Assembly (NCBI GenBank): GCA_000934665.2
Contig: KZ539128.1
Location: 1-32,641, forward strand
Origin: Catajapyx aquilonaris
Lineage: Eukaryota
Reading direction: 5' to 3'
DNA: 32,641 bases
Below the pieces are notes generated by a model, which searched no databases, was not told the DNA's origin, and worked only from the letters and a program-made list of their open reading frames with translations. Every line of letters begins with the position of its first letter. Positions within the stretch are counted from its first letter, which is position 1. A program made the translations under genes and the position numbers. Positions 10,844 to 22,700 of this stretch are shown here, one piece after another.

Positions 10844-11517
10844 CAGGGGTCGAAATATTCGGATGCAAAGGTGCAATTTGCACTCCAAAATTGTCATCTG
10901 CACACTGCACTCCAAACTGAGCCTTGGCGTGCAAAGTTTGCACTCCAATAGGCTCTGCCTGGAACCGTGACATGGGGTCTTTTAGGACCCCAAAGGTAGT
11001 AAAAATGTAAAATGCATTGGATTGCTTTGAGTGACCTTGAAATGATAATGACCTGAAACTCCGTGTAGGCCTATTCCTAAAAAAAACTTCATTTCATGGA
11101 TCAAATCCGGTTTCATAATTTTCACACCTACCAAAATGTACATATATAAGTCTTTGTTTTTGGACCCATGCTCTCATGGGGTCCAAAAGGACCCCACGTC
11201 ACAGTTCCCGGCATACACAAAAGAAAACTATCCATTACAAAAATTAACGTTGCCATTTTTAAAAAAAGTATATAACAGGAAGTGCATGCTTATTTTCAAT
11301 TAGCGATCATTTTAGGCATTGTTCCAAGAATGATTGCATATAGTCCATACATTGAAAAGTATTATATAAAAAATTTTAAAAATCACAATTCCAGGGTTAA
11401 ACATGGCTATACCCAGTAATTAAAAATTAAGTACTCCAAGTAAGCAATTTGCACTCCAGATTAAAGTCTGGAGTGCAAACTTTGCATCTGGACAAAAATA
11501 TTAAAATTTGATCCCTG
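10844..11517. mobile_element. Old MITE (CAGGG ends, TGCACTCCA subterminal repeats) with a nested piggyBac-like element at ~10957-11400
   Basis: Ends CAGGGGTCGAAAT / ATTTGATCCCTG. Inner 36-bp inverted repeat 10957-10992 vs 11177-11212, plus a third end CACAATTCCAGGG|TTAA at 11400. TSD unclear. Confidence 0.55.
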
Positions 11518-11593
11518 CATTATGGTACTTGGGTACCGGTATCTAACAAGTATGGTATTTAGATTGCATCTTTAAATCACAAAAAAATGGAGG

Positions 11594-11599
11594 TTTATT
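11594..11599 (-). promoter_or_regulatory. Putative polyadenylation signal of the THEG-like gene
   Basis: AATAAA on the minus strand ~95 nt downstream of the stop codon. Confidence 0.55.
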
Positions 11600-11694
11600 A
11601 TTAATCTTCATTTAATTTTGTCGACATCCTCATTTAGAGGGGGAAAAACTGGAGGCAGATACAGGACAGGTCCTGTGTCCTTTCAGAAGAGGCT

Positions 11695-11772
11695 TCATTT
11701 CTTCATATCTGCCGGAAGTGTTGAAGGCCCAGTAGGGCGGGCCAATGCTAACGTCCGGGAAGTTGCAACAGC
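11695..11772 (-). CDS. THEG-like gene, last coding exon (AVATSRTLALARPTGPSTLPADMKK*)
   Basis: Acceptor TTTTCAATTCCAG, phase 0. Completes the THEG repeat begun in the previous exon. Confidence 0.85.
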   Translation of the reverse strand, partial: AVATSRTLALARPTGPSTLPADMKK

Positions 11773-11809
11773 CTGGAATTGAAAATATATGAGTAATGAA
11801 TTATTATAT

Positions 11810-11845
<36 letters not shown>

Positions 11846-14837
11846 CAAGAGCTCTTGCTACTACTATTACTGTGTTTTATTGCTTTTGGCAACACCACCT
11901 TGCATGGACGAAGAACCTCACACCTTGCAAAATTACAGCATGCTTTTTGGCTCTGACTGAGGTTTAGCTTAACTCATATTTGACTGTGACATGGTGTGGA
12001 ATGTTTAGACAGCCAGTGACTGTTATAAATTATAATGTATGTAAAAAATATGCATCGAGATGAATTGCAGATTAGCAGAACTATCAGAGTCACATTTAGG
12101 TCAAAATTGAGTTAAGGCCGCTTCACAAACTCGGCGTTGCGAAAGCGGGGCGAAATGCCCGTTTTACAAACCCGGATTTGCGCGAGCGGGGCGTACGGAG
12201 AGCGGAATATTTGCGAAGGGCTATTCACAAATGCTGCGTGCGATGACCGAGCGCGGGCGTTGCGCTGGCGTCCAATCGGGTGGACTTTCTGCGTGCGATG
12301 AGCGTAAGGCCCACACGCCTCGCTTTCGCAACGCCGAGTTTGTGAAGCGGCCTTTAGGCCCTGTTGTACTTTATGATGATGAAGTCACTTTTCTGATGAA
12401 TCAATTAATGTTTCCTATAAAGAAACATTTGACAAGATATATCATATAACGGATCACCCCCATCCTTACCCTACATCCCTAACGTCCTTGCACGGAGTCT
12501 GAAGAAAAAAAACAACCAGAAAATCAATCCAATGGTGGTAATCCACCCCCTAAAAGTGCTTCGTTCCCTCCAAAGGGGTAAACAAACAAACAAACAAACA
12601 AACAATCATATAAGGGATCATTCAATCTTCAGACTATCATATTTCTGTATTTCGAATTCAGTCTAGTGCATTATTAATGCAGGCTCTTTATGTTTGATTA
12701 TGTTATGGTTGCTCTTGCCGGATTATGCCATTACCAGGAAAAAATATTCAATCTATTTTTTACTCAATACATTATTACATTTTTCAACCTTGTTGGTAAC
12801 CTGACAAAATGAACAGGTGATAGTCGGTCTTAGGCATGTGGTTTTTAGCTTGTGGGGTATAGCCGACGCCACAACGTCCTTTATGCTCTCGTATGTGGAA
12901 TTTCAACTGCTGAAGGTCATTTCTGACCCTGGCCTGATAGGCAATGTTGTTCACATGACCCAACAGGAAAACCTCTAAATTGGAGTTAAGCCAACATTGG
13001 CAGTTGATACCTTGCATGAGGGACTCTGTAGATACAGCTAGGTACACCCAACATGATGCAAAACACATGGACTGAGGTCGAATCGCCTGTTTTTGTGGTC
13101 AGACTAGTTACATATATGGTGGCCATACTATTAATTTGTTTAAAATTATGTTGAGAAGATAAACTGTGAATATTTTTATTTGTAATAGGGGAGGTGGAGT
13201 GGCGTTGCAGTAACACATGTGCCCATGGATGTAAGGGTCCCAGTAAATGTCGAAACTACTCACACAGTGGGGGTATAGGCTTATTATCATCTCAGACTTT
13301 TGATTCTGAATTCTTTACATAACTTTCTCTGCTCCTATGCTAATATATTTGAGCTTTCTACATTTTGTGTGGAGGCCAAGAAAGATTCAGACTACAAAAT
13401 TTCTCTACACCACATTGGCACATTGGCTGTTTCCTCACTTTACATCAGTGACAATGTAGCAATGCATATAGTATGATGCTGAAAACACTAACCTTTAAGG
13501 CAGCCTTTGAAACTGGGCGTGGTAGTTTGAGAGGTGGTTGATAGAGAGGATGACATCCTTTTGGTCTAGCCAGACTAAGGGTCCTATCACTGCACTCGTA
13601 GTTGTTCCTAGGAGGTGGATCGAAGGCACCTGTGAAGAATGTGTTGTGAGAAACAAGATGTGGCATATTTTTTTCACAAACATTGAAAATGTCCAGATTT
13701 GAGATGCCATGGTGATGCATTTTCCAAAGTTCCTTTGACTCACTCCAAAATGTTTTTAAAAATCTGCGAGCAAAAAATGGATTGCATTCCAAAATGTTAT
13801 TTAGGCTATGAACGATTCTAGTTCTAAAACTTCTGCATAGATACTTATGGTTTATTACGATTCATCTTATATTAAAAGGACCAGGACAATGGGAAAGGAT
13901 AGGGATTTTTGGGGAGGGAACATTGGTGCAAGGTGCAATGTCATAGCTATAGGTCATGTGCTGTTCCCCAGGAGGTTAGGTTGCCAGACACCTCCAAGGT
14001 GCAATGTCAGAGACCCTCCTGATGCAGGTGAAAGGAAAGTTCCCCAGGCGGGGATCGAACCTGGGGCCTTTCACTCAGCAAGCCGAGACGTTACCATCTC
14101 GGCCACCATACCTCCCCCTATTAAAAGGACCGAAGCAGATTGGTGTAGGAGTTAAGGAGCCAGACTGCTAATCGGGAGGTCCTGGGATCAAATCCCGGGG
14201 CCGGCAACCCTGATCGTGGTTTTCTGTGGTTTCCCACGGTCCTTCCAGGAAAATTCCGGAGTTTCTTCCGTCATTAATAGGCCACAGCCACTTCCTTCCA
14301 TCCCTATCCTATCTCAAAGAGCGCAGTAAAATGAAAAGCAAAGAGTTCCAGGCAAAACAAACTTCCCCCCTAAAGAGCCGATGGCTGATAACGGGATATG
14401 AATTATATTAAAAGGTAGATCTTTCCCACCATTTGATCTGAATGCCCCCCCGGCCCTGAACAACCCAATGCCATAACTGACAATGAGTGTGATGAGAAGT
14501 CCGGTATGACGTGGAGGTGTCACATGTCATTCAGGTGACACTACGGATATTAGCAGCTATCATGTGCAAGGCATGACAACTCCGCGTTTTCTGGAACTTC
14601 ATACTGCACTCAGTTAAATCACATTGAGTTGTCTGGAATGGGTTTCATTCTGAGAAGGAGGTAGGTGAGAGTTGCCTTATGCTAGAAAGACAGAGTTTCA
14701 GACAATGGTATCCTGGCTCTGTATTAACAGCCATCATCACTTTACACAGGTGAAAGTTGTTTTCCCTCTCTATCATTCGTCTTGCTAGAGTGGTGATGGT
14801 CAAATACGTTTGTCTTAAACATGTATGCATAAAGAAG

Positions 14838-14894
<57 letters not shown>

Positions 14895-16750
14895 ATAAAT
14901 ACCCCATGATAAGCCTCCTTGGGTTTTTTAGGGGATCTTCTTTTAATTGACAGACTTTAATCATTGCCTTACTGTGATTAGGCTAACTGTGATGGATTTT
15001 GATAGTGGGAGGAAGCGGGAGAACATGAGAAATAAACCCACGCAGACACAGAGATAACCCATTGAAACTCTATCCACATAAGCATCCTCTGTCCGATCCG
15101 GGGATCGAACTTGGGACCTTAGAGGTATGTGGAAGGCTGAGGCGCTAACCTGCACCAACCTTTATTCAGAATTTTAATCTACCGTAGCTTTGGGAAATAA
15201 TGGAGGGCTTCTAGGCGATCACTTTGAGTATATGCAACATGGGTCTCTGATTCATAGTTACCGAGATAATTAGCATTAAATAAAAAGTGCATTATCCCAA
15301 CTTATAGGTGTCAGATACTGCCTACGACACTTCCATCGCCTAGGCCATTTCCTGCTACACCTAACAGGATCGTAAATTAAAATTAAATTACATGGTAAAA
15401 ACCTTAAAAAATGAAAAAGGTAAGGTCGCGAGGAGGGAGGCATACGTTCCCGGATCTTTTATATCTTGTGTTTGAAGCACATTATCTTGGTAACTATGTG
15501 TCGGAGACCCATGTTGCATATACTCAAAGTGATCGCCTACAACCCATCTAACATTTCCCAAAGCGACAGTAGGTTAAATTTCCGAACCCTGGTATACTGT
15601 AAAGGAGGGTAGGCCTAGTATAAAAGACTCTTATAGGTAATATGAAGGTACCAGTTCTGTCCTTTCGTAACAGTATAGTGACAGATTTAATTTCAGTTCA
15701 GTATTGAAGAACCAAAAAATGTTACAGAAGTACTTGAAACTGTAGCCTCCATCCATGAAATATACTAAATGGCGGATTCCTAATCGATGGTATATCCAGA
15801 ACAAATGGTTGATCCATGTCATTCACATATGGATAATCACTTGTTTTGTATTTTCTATCGCCCCTAAATAAACCTGTGAAAAATGCACAAATTACTTACG
15901 AGCATAGGCATGTAGCTCTAAATACGGTGTGCCCCAGAGAAGTTCGTAGACATACAGAGTGTTGGGCACTGAAGTTGCCATGGACTTTGACACGGCCAAG
16001 TATGCTGGGCTAGTGGTGGAGAGAAATAATGATCAAATATGACAGGTGAGTAATACCAAGGTAATACTTTGTGTACAACAATATTTTGGCAATCAACACA
16101 CTAACTCTGAATGCTCAACATAAAAGAAACAAGCAGCTTTTCATCTGATATCTCTTTTGAGGCTAAGGCTTTTAAATGGCACGGTGGTTTTAAAAGAAAT
16201 AAAGGTATCGGTATGTCTTTGCATCCCCATACTTCTGATAAATGACCACCACCACTTGGCAAAATTAAAACATCTCTCTCAAGTTGAACTGTTCTGTTAG
16301 TTTATAGTTAAACTATAAAAATACGTATATGGCAGTGAAATAACACTGACCATGCAACAAAAGGGATCTAGGACATTTTAGAAAAAAATTTGTTCACATC
16401 AAGTTTAACATTCTGTGTGTCGCCTCTAAAGTTCATGTTGGGTGGGTAACACTTACACAAGGCGCCGTGGGGTAAACAATCGGCGTTCCAACCTGCTCTC
16501 TGGCTTTGGTGGTTCCTGTAATAAAGAATAACCAACTTCTTATTCATAACTCTGTTCAGCGATATGAATATGTCTGATACAGTACCGGTGGGTGATACAG
16601 CATCTCATTGGGAGTGCAATGCATCATCTGCTCAAGCATCCTGTACTGGCTAGTGCTGTGTCTGTCTGTAGGTTTCTCCAGGTTTTGGACCGAGACCGTC
16701 TTATTGAGGTTTTTCTTCGCTGCATCAACAACATTATTATTGTTGTTGTG

Positions 16751-16785
<35 letters not shown>

Positions 16786-19700
16786 GCCTCATTCTTTAGA
16801 ATTTGTTCGATAGTGAAATAACTGGTCAGGACTACTGTAGGTTCACATTATTTGTCTTCTGTTACTACATTAAAATTTTTATAGGACCATTCTAGTAGGA
16901 AAGGTCTTACTCCTTGTTCTCTTTTGTAGTTGTAATAGAGGGTGTTCCAAGAAACAGCGTCATTTTTCATTATTGTTAATATCTCACGAAGTAGTCATAT
17001 TTGTGCAGCTTGTTGCGCTCCAATCCAAGCACCCCATTACTCCAAGGGGGCTGAATGTATCAGTTTGCTATACCGTTTACTATAGGGCTCATGTATCAGA
17101 TACAAATCCTACAACAAAATCTATCGAAATTCCTATAACTAAAGCAACCCGCATACTTGGAACACCCTGCATACAGGGTGACCCAAAAGTCTGGACACAG
17201 GTAATTGTATGGTACAGGGCCATCAAAAAATAATATCCCAATTGAAAACCCTATAACTCGAAAACTTGTAGATATATCTAAATTATTTAAGATTTGAAAT
17301 GATAAGAAATGTCTAACGTTTTGGTCTCACCTTAGTTTGTTTCGATATGAACTTCATTTGTTTCTCAACATATTAAAAATATGCTATTTGGTCTCGTGCC
17401 AAACCGGCTCAATCCGGCTCCATCATATCTGGAGTTACTGTTGTGATCCTATCCCGTAGGTGCTGGAGATGACAGGTCTTGACACCACACACATTGTTAT
17501 TGATGATGCACATAAAAAGTCGCCTCACCAATGAAACACAACCTGCTGTAGGAAAGTTTCATTTGTTCAGCTTCCCACTGGTGTGAAGTCTTGAATGAGA
17601 AGTTTCCCCATGCCTAGCCCCCACAGAAGCCCAGATTTGACCCTGATTGACTTTTTTGTGGATGCATGTATGGTGAAAAGATTCGGCACATCCAGCACAC
17701 ACAGGATAAGATTGCAACAGTAGCATCAGACATGTCTGAGCGGGTTTGGCAGGACACCAATATTATTACCATATTTACATTTCCCAAGCGACAGATGAAA
17801 CCCATATCGAAACAAACTATGGTAAGACCAAAACTTTAGACATATCTTAGCATTTCAAAACTTAAATCTTTTCGATACCTGTAGCCTATGTCTACAAGTT
17901 TTCGAGCTATGGTGATTTCAAATTGGGACACTCTTTTTCGATGACCCTGTATTGTATTGGTTGACAATTGGTACGGTAACCTGAAAACCAACAATACAAT
18001 CCAATTACTTATGTGTCCAGACTTTTGAGTCACCCTATATACTGCGCATTAGGAATAAATTGCATTTATAGGCAGTACTGATCAAAAAGTGACCACCAGC
18101 ATTCCATAATATTCTACGTTTGACAATTAATATTTTGATTCAATAATATGGTTTGGCAGCATGCATTGCCACATCTACAGTGGGATAGATAAGGAAGGAA
18201 TGCTCTGAGCCAGGCAAGAAATATGACAATTATCACTCTCCTCAGCTCTAGCAATAGGCTTCACTGCATGTTGGAATGTGCAAACCTTAACACTGAATAC
18301 CGGTGGTTGCTTCATGACCAGCAATGACAATCAACAAAGTACTTGAGTATGCTAATTAGTCAGGATAACTGACATTACCTCATGTCTATTATTGTAGAAG
18401 TTTTTGAACACTTACGTGTAACCACTCTAGGTGATTCGAGTATGTAGAAATTTTTGGGCGTCGCTAGTTCACACAGGCGGTCAGATGCTTCAGCTTTCAA
18501 TGCATAGTTTGGCTGCTTCCAATCAAAATGTCTGTCAGATCAGATCGCAATATGTTTGTAAGTAAATTGTAACTTTTAATTAGGACACTACAGATTCCTT
18601 GCAAGGAAAATGAAGTAGCAGATTCCCCCTTTATCACGTATTGCTCACGGTTATGGACCCATTTAATCTTCTAGTTGTCCCTATGTTATAATTTCCAGCA
18701 CAGTTGCATTCAGGATGTAATTTTGTTTTGGAAGGTGTTTGAAATAAGACTTATCATCCCTTTCCCAAGGTATATTTCCTTCAATTTCAATTGAAATTAA
18801 CTGAAGACAACAACAGAAAGACGTGGATTAGCAGGGCAAGGGAAATTTACTTCAGAATCTTTTCTCTGGGACAGCAAAGGCAAGGGAGCAAAGGTATGGT
18901 GAGGAAAGGAAGTGGTTATATTGTATTTTTATCAGAATTACTCTGAATGGACTACAATGGACTCGGAAGGACTGTTTTAGGTATTCCAGTGGCACAATTT
19001 GTAACAAAGGAAAAGGATAGAATATACACCTGTATCCGGGTAAGTACTTCTTTGGTATAGAAACCATCCTTTAGATGATGTAGGTCTTTTGTGGCAAGCA
19101 ATGCCAAAACACATCTGATTCCACTCAAGTTGTTGAGACTTATCAGTAACAATATTACTTCTGTAGTAACATAGCGATGAGCATTAACTGTAGACTACAA
19201 TAAGAGCTTGAATCAGCAAGAATTTCAATAAGTAATCTCTCAAAGCATCATTTTAAATGTAAACTAGGAAAACCCTCCCTCCGCTTGCATTTACCTAGGG
19301 CGCAGGCCTAGAAAACCACTCGCTTCGCTCGCTCTTTTCTAGGCCTGTGGCCTGGGGTACCTATTCGGCTCACCATATAGCCAGGGAGGGTGTAACGTTA
19401 GCCCTCCAGCAGTCTTCGAACAACCTGATTAGTGAGAAGTGAGCAGAACATGTCTATCCTGTGTCTGTCGTTCCATAAAGGGAACTGACTTTGTAAACAA
19501 CTTCACAGTAGTGCCAACTGGGCAACAATACAGAGAAGTAATGGATAGTTTCCCTGGCAACTCAACAGAGGAGTTGTTTACATCCCATGGGGCATGAGTG
19601 GAACATGGGCCAATGGGGAGGTGGCAGTAACAATATATGCGGCGGACCAATCAGAGGGCTTGGCCCCCAAACTCAAGCATTTTAATATTATAGATGGGGG

Positions 19701-22700
19701 TCACTTGCTTTGTACAATTTATGGAAAAAATCACTGATTATGTCGTCTACATATTTTGAGATTTTCTATTCATTTTTATGGGACAACTGACCCCCTACTT
19801 GAGGTCTCAAAACCAGTGACAATGAAAAAGACAAGTAGCAGTTGGTATAACCCTCTTATTATTCATTCAACCAGAAAACAATCCTTTAATTTTTTGTATC
19901 ATTTGTGGCATTGTTGACAGTCACTGTTTTCACTGTGACATTCCTACTATTATCTGGCTGAATCAGTAATATACTGTAATATTCGCACACAGATGAGCAT
20001 ATCAACTGTAGTGCTTGGAATAGATCAGCATAAATCTTCTCTTTCAACACATCAGGATATTGGTGAAAAACACAAATTTGACATTAAACATAATTCCTCA
20101 GGATATGATATTACAAACATGAATAGAGGATGCTTCATTACTTTTACTAAGGGAACCATGCTGCATCCCCCCCCCCCCCCTCAAGTTCAGTGACATATTC
20201 TGTACCGGTATATAGTTAGGGTTCTAGAAAATGAGAGGCTGGGTGCAAGAGAAGCCCTATCCCACCCACAGGCCAAAAATGATATTTTTCAACTGTCATG
20301 TAGCAAGTACCATCAGTTAGTGTGACATGCAACACCTCCCCCAAAAGTAACATTCTGGCATTCTTGTGTTTTTAATTATGACCTACACCTATACATGTTC
20401 CAGGTAACTTGTTAATATGCAGATAAGAGGTTAATTTTTCATTATAAGAGTACCTAAATGGCTTTTCATCCCTAACAGATAAACATCCATAATGGGGTGT
20501 ATTAGGTGCTGATATAGACTGGCAGCTGCTCGTGGTAAAGATACCCTGTCTGGTGCCATGATGGAAGCTGAACGAAAGCAGGTAATAGTTAAGGTGGCTG
20601 AGATTAGGTTTGTTAAGGACCATTTGTGTACTTGTGAACAATGCATGCCAAGATGCATACCAATGAGAATCAAGCAGATGCATTTTTCTGCTGCAAGAGT
20701 GTACACCAGACATTGCAATGTTCCTGCATACTGCAGCATACCTAAATAATGGTAAATTGTAAATTTCAATACTGCACCTGGTAGTAATTGTTAGTAGTGA
20801 TTCTTATTTAAATAATTAATCAATATTATTTATTTCTGGCATTGTAATATTAATATGTAGGTTGGAATTTTCGTCCCACTGCTATACAGGGTGAAGGGAA
20901 ACTCGCGGACAATCGCCAGGTAGACTGATAGTACTTGTAAAACTAATATAGGAATGTGCAAGTAGTTTTGGCCGCCATTGTATAGTTAATGCATATGGCG
21001 CCGTCAAAGTTTTGTGACGTCACATCTGTTCCGCCAGCTTCAAAGAAGCAAAAGCCAGCTCGAGGGCCTCCAAACAATCCAACCTTGGGTCCATAACACA
21101 TTGTCCATGTGCAATAGCTGATCAAATCCCATCAGAGTAAGAATCCAGGCCATGTGCAACCCATGCACTTTGTCATTTTTACCTCATATTTTACCATCCG
21201 GCCCTTTAAAGGCGCTGTACACATTAACTACGCAACACCGAAGCAGGTTGGCATAGTGGATAAGGCGTCCGACTGCTAATCGGGAGGTCCTGGGTTCGAA
21301 TCCCGGGGCCGGCAACTCTGACCGTGGTTTTCTGTGGTTTCCCACGGTCCTTCCAGGAAAATTCCGGAGTTGCTTCCGTAATTAATAGGCCACAGCCGCT
21401 TCCTTCCGTCCCTATCCTATCCCAAAAAGCGCAGTAAAATGAAAGCAAAGAGTTCCAGGCAAAACAAAAAACCTCCCCCCTAAAGAGCCGATAGGCTGAT
21501 AACGGGGTATGAATTAATATTATTATTATTATTATTAACTACGCAACTGCACCCAAAACTACTGGCACATCCCTATATTAGTTTTACGAGTACTATCAGT
21601 CTACCAAGGGATTGTCCACGAGTTTCCTTCACCCTGTATAGTTACTGCTAACTTAGCAGTAGGCCTACCAGTGTTGGAAATGGCACTGCTACGTTAGCAG
21701 TAACTAGCAGTGGGATGGGGCAGGTGTGGTGGCCGAGATGGTAACGTCTCAACTTACTGAGTGAAAGGTTCCAGGTTCAATCTCCGCCTGGGAGTTCCCT
21801 TTCACCTGCGTTGGAAGGGTCTCCGACCTGCACCTTTGGAGGTGTCTGGCAACCTAACCTTCTGGGGGATTTCACATGGTCCAACCTTGAGACATTGCAC
21901 TTGCACCCGTGTCCCCTCCCCAAAAATCCATATCCTCTCCCATTGTCCCGCTTCCTTGCACCGGAGATTGAAGAAAAAGTACAAGAAAATAGATGGTGGT
22001 GTACCACCCCCCAAAAAGGCCTATGTAGGCCTATCACAGGGTAAAATTCATAAAGTAAATAAAATAAACGTATTTAAAAAACTATCAGTGGGACGAAACT
22101 TCTACCTGTAATTAATTGCTTCTGTTGTTACAATACAACAGAAACAACAACACCATCACGACATTTCCCTATAAGGGGTAGTCAGCGATGACGGGAGCCA
22201 CAAGCTAACCCAAAATAATAACTAAATTAAAACTGGTAAAAATCAGCTATAAACCACCCCATCCTGCCCACCCCCCCNNNNNNNNNNNNNNNNNNNNNNN
22301 NNNNNNNNNNNNNNNNNNNNNNNNNNNNNNNNNNNNNNNNNNNNNGAGAAATCAAGTGTCCCCAACCCCCCTGGAAGAGGAATCAGCAACTGTTAAATTC
22401 CTCCAAGTGACTAGAATATTCTCCTCCAAACGACCAGAACAGCCACAGGCCAGCGAGAAGAACCAGCATACAGAAATCCACACCCGAACTCCAAGCGCTG
22501 TGCAGGACAGAGAGAGAGGCAGACACCCTTGCAAGCATGACTACCGGTGTCAACCTATGCATTACTGTGCAAGAGATATTTGCCAAACATGTAGTTCTGC
22601 ACAGCACCCAGAGCCTGAGTATGAACTTCCAGACGCCGACTCCTCCCACCAACCTGCAAACATTCTATAGCCATTCGGAAAAATTCAATGGACACTGCCA

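Larger units (their letters stand above)
20858..22108. mobile_element. Outer MITE hosting nested insertions
   Basis: Ends TAGGTTGGAATTTTCGTCCCACTGCTA / TATCAGTGGGACGAAACTTCTACCTG, with internal ACTGCTA/TAGCAGT motifs. Confidence 0.65.

Noticed and set aside
12784..13068. 94-aa minus-strand ORF as an extra exon
   Set aside because: No recognisable motif and weak splice sites. Inclusion would break the THEG repeat spanning the last intron.
15874..15899. 26-nt GTAAGT...TTTTTCACAG mini-intron leading into an open ~50-codon frame
   Set aside because: Too short for typical animal splicing. The same donor joins in phase to exon 13629 and restores the THEG repeat. An alternative terminal exon is not excluded.
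21237..21315. tRNA-Ser(GCT) gene (likewise the tRNA-like heads at 1128, 10300, 14050, 23027)
   Set aside because: No proper acceptor stem or long variable arm. Each continues into a repeated SINE body, most with tail and TSD.
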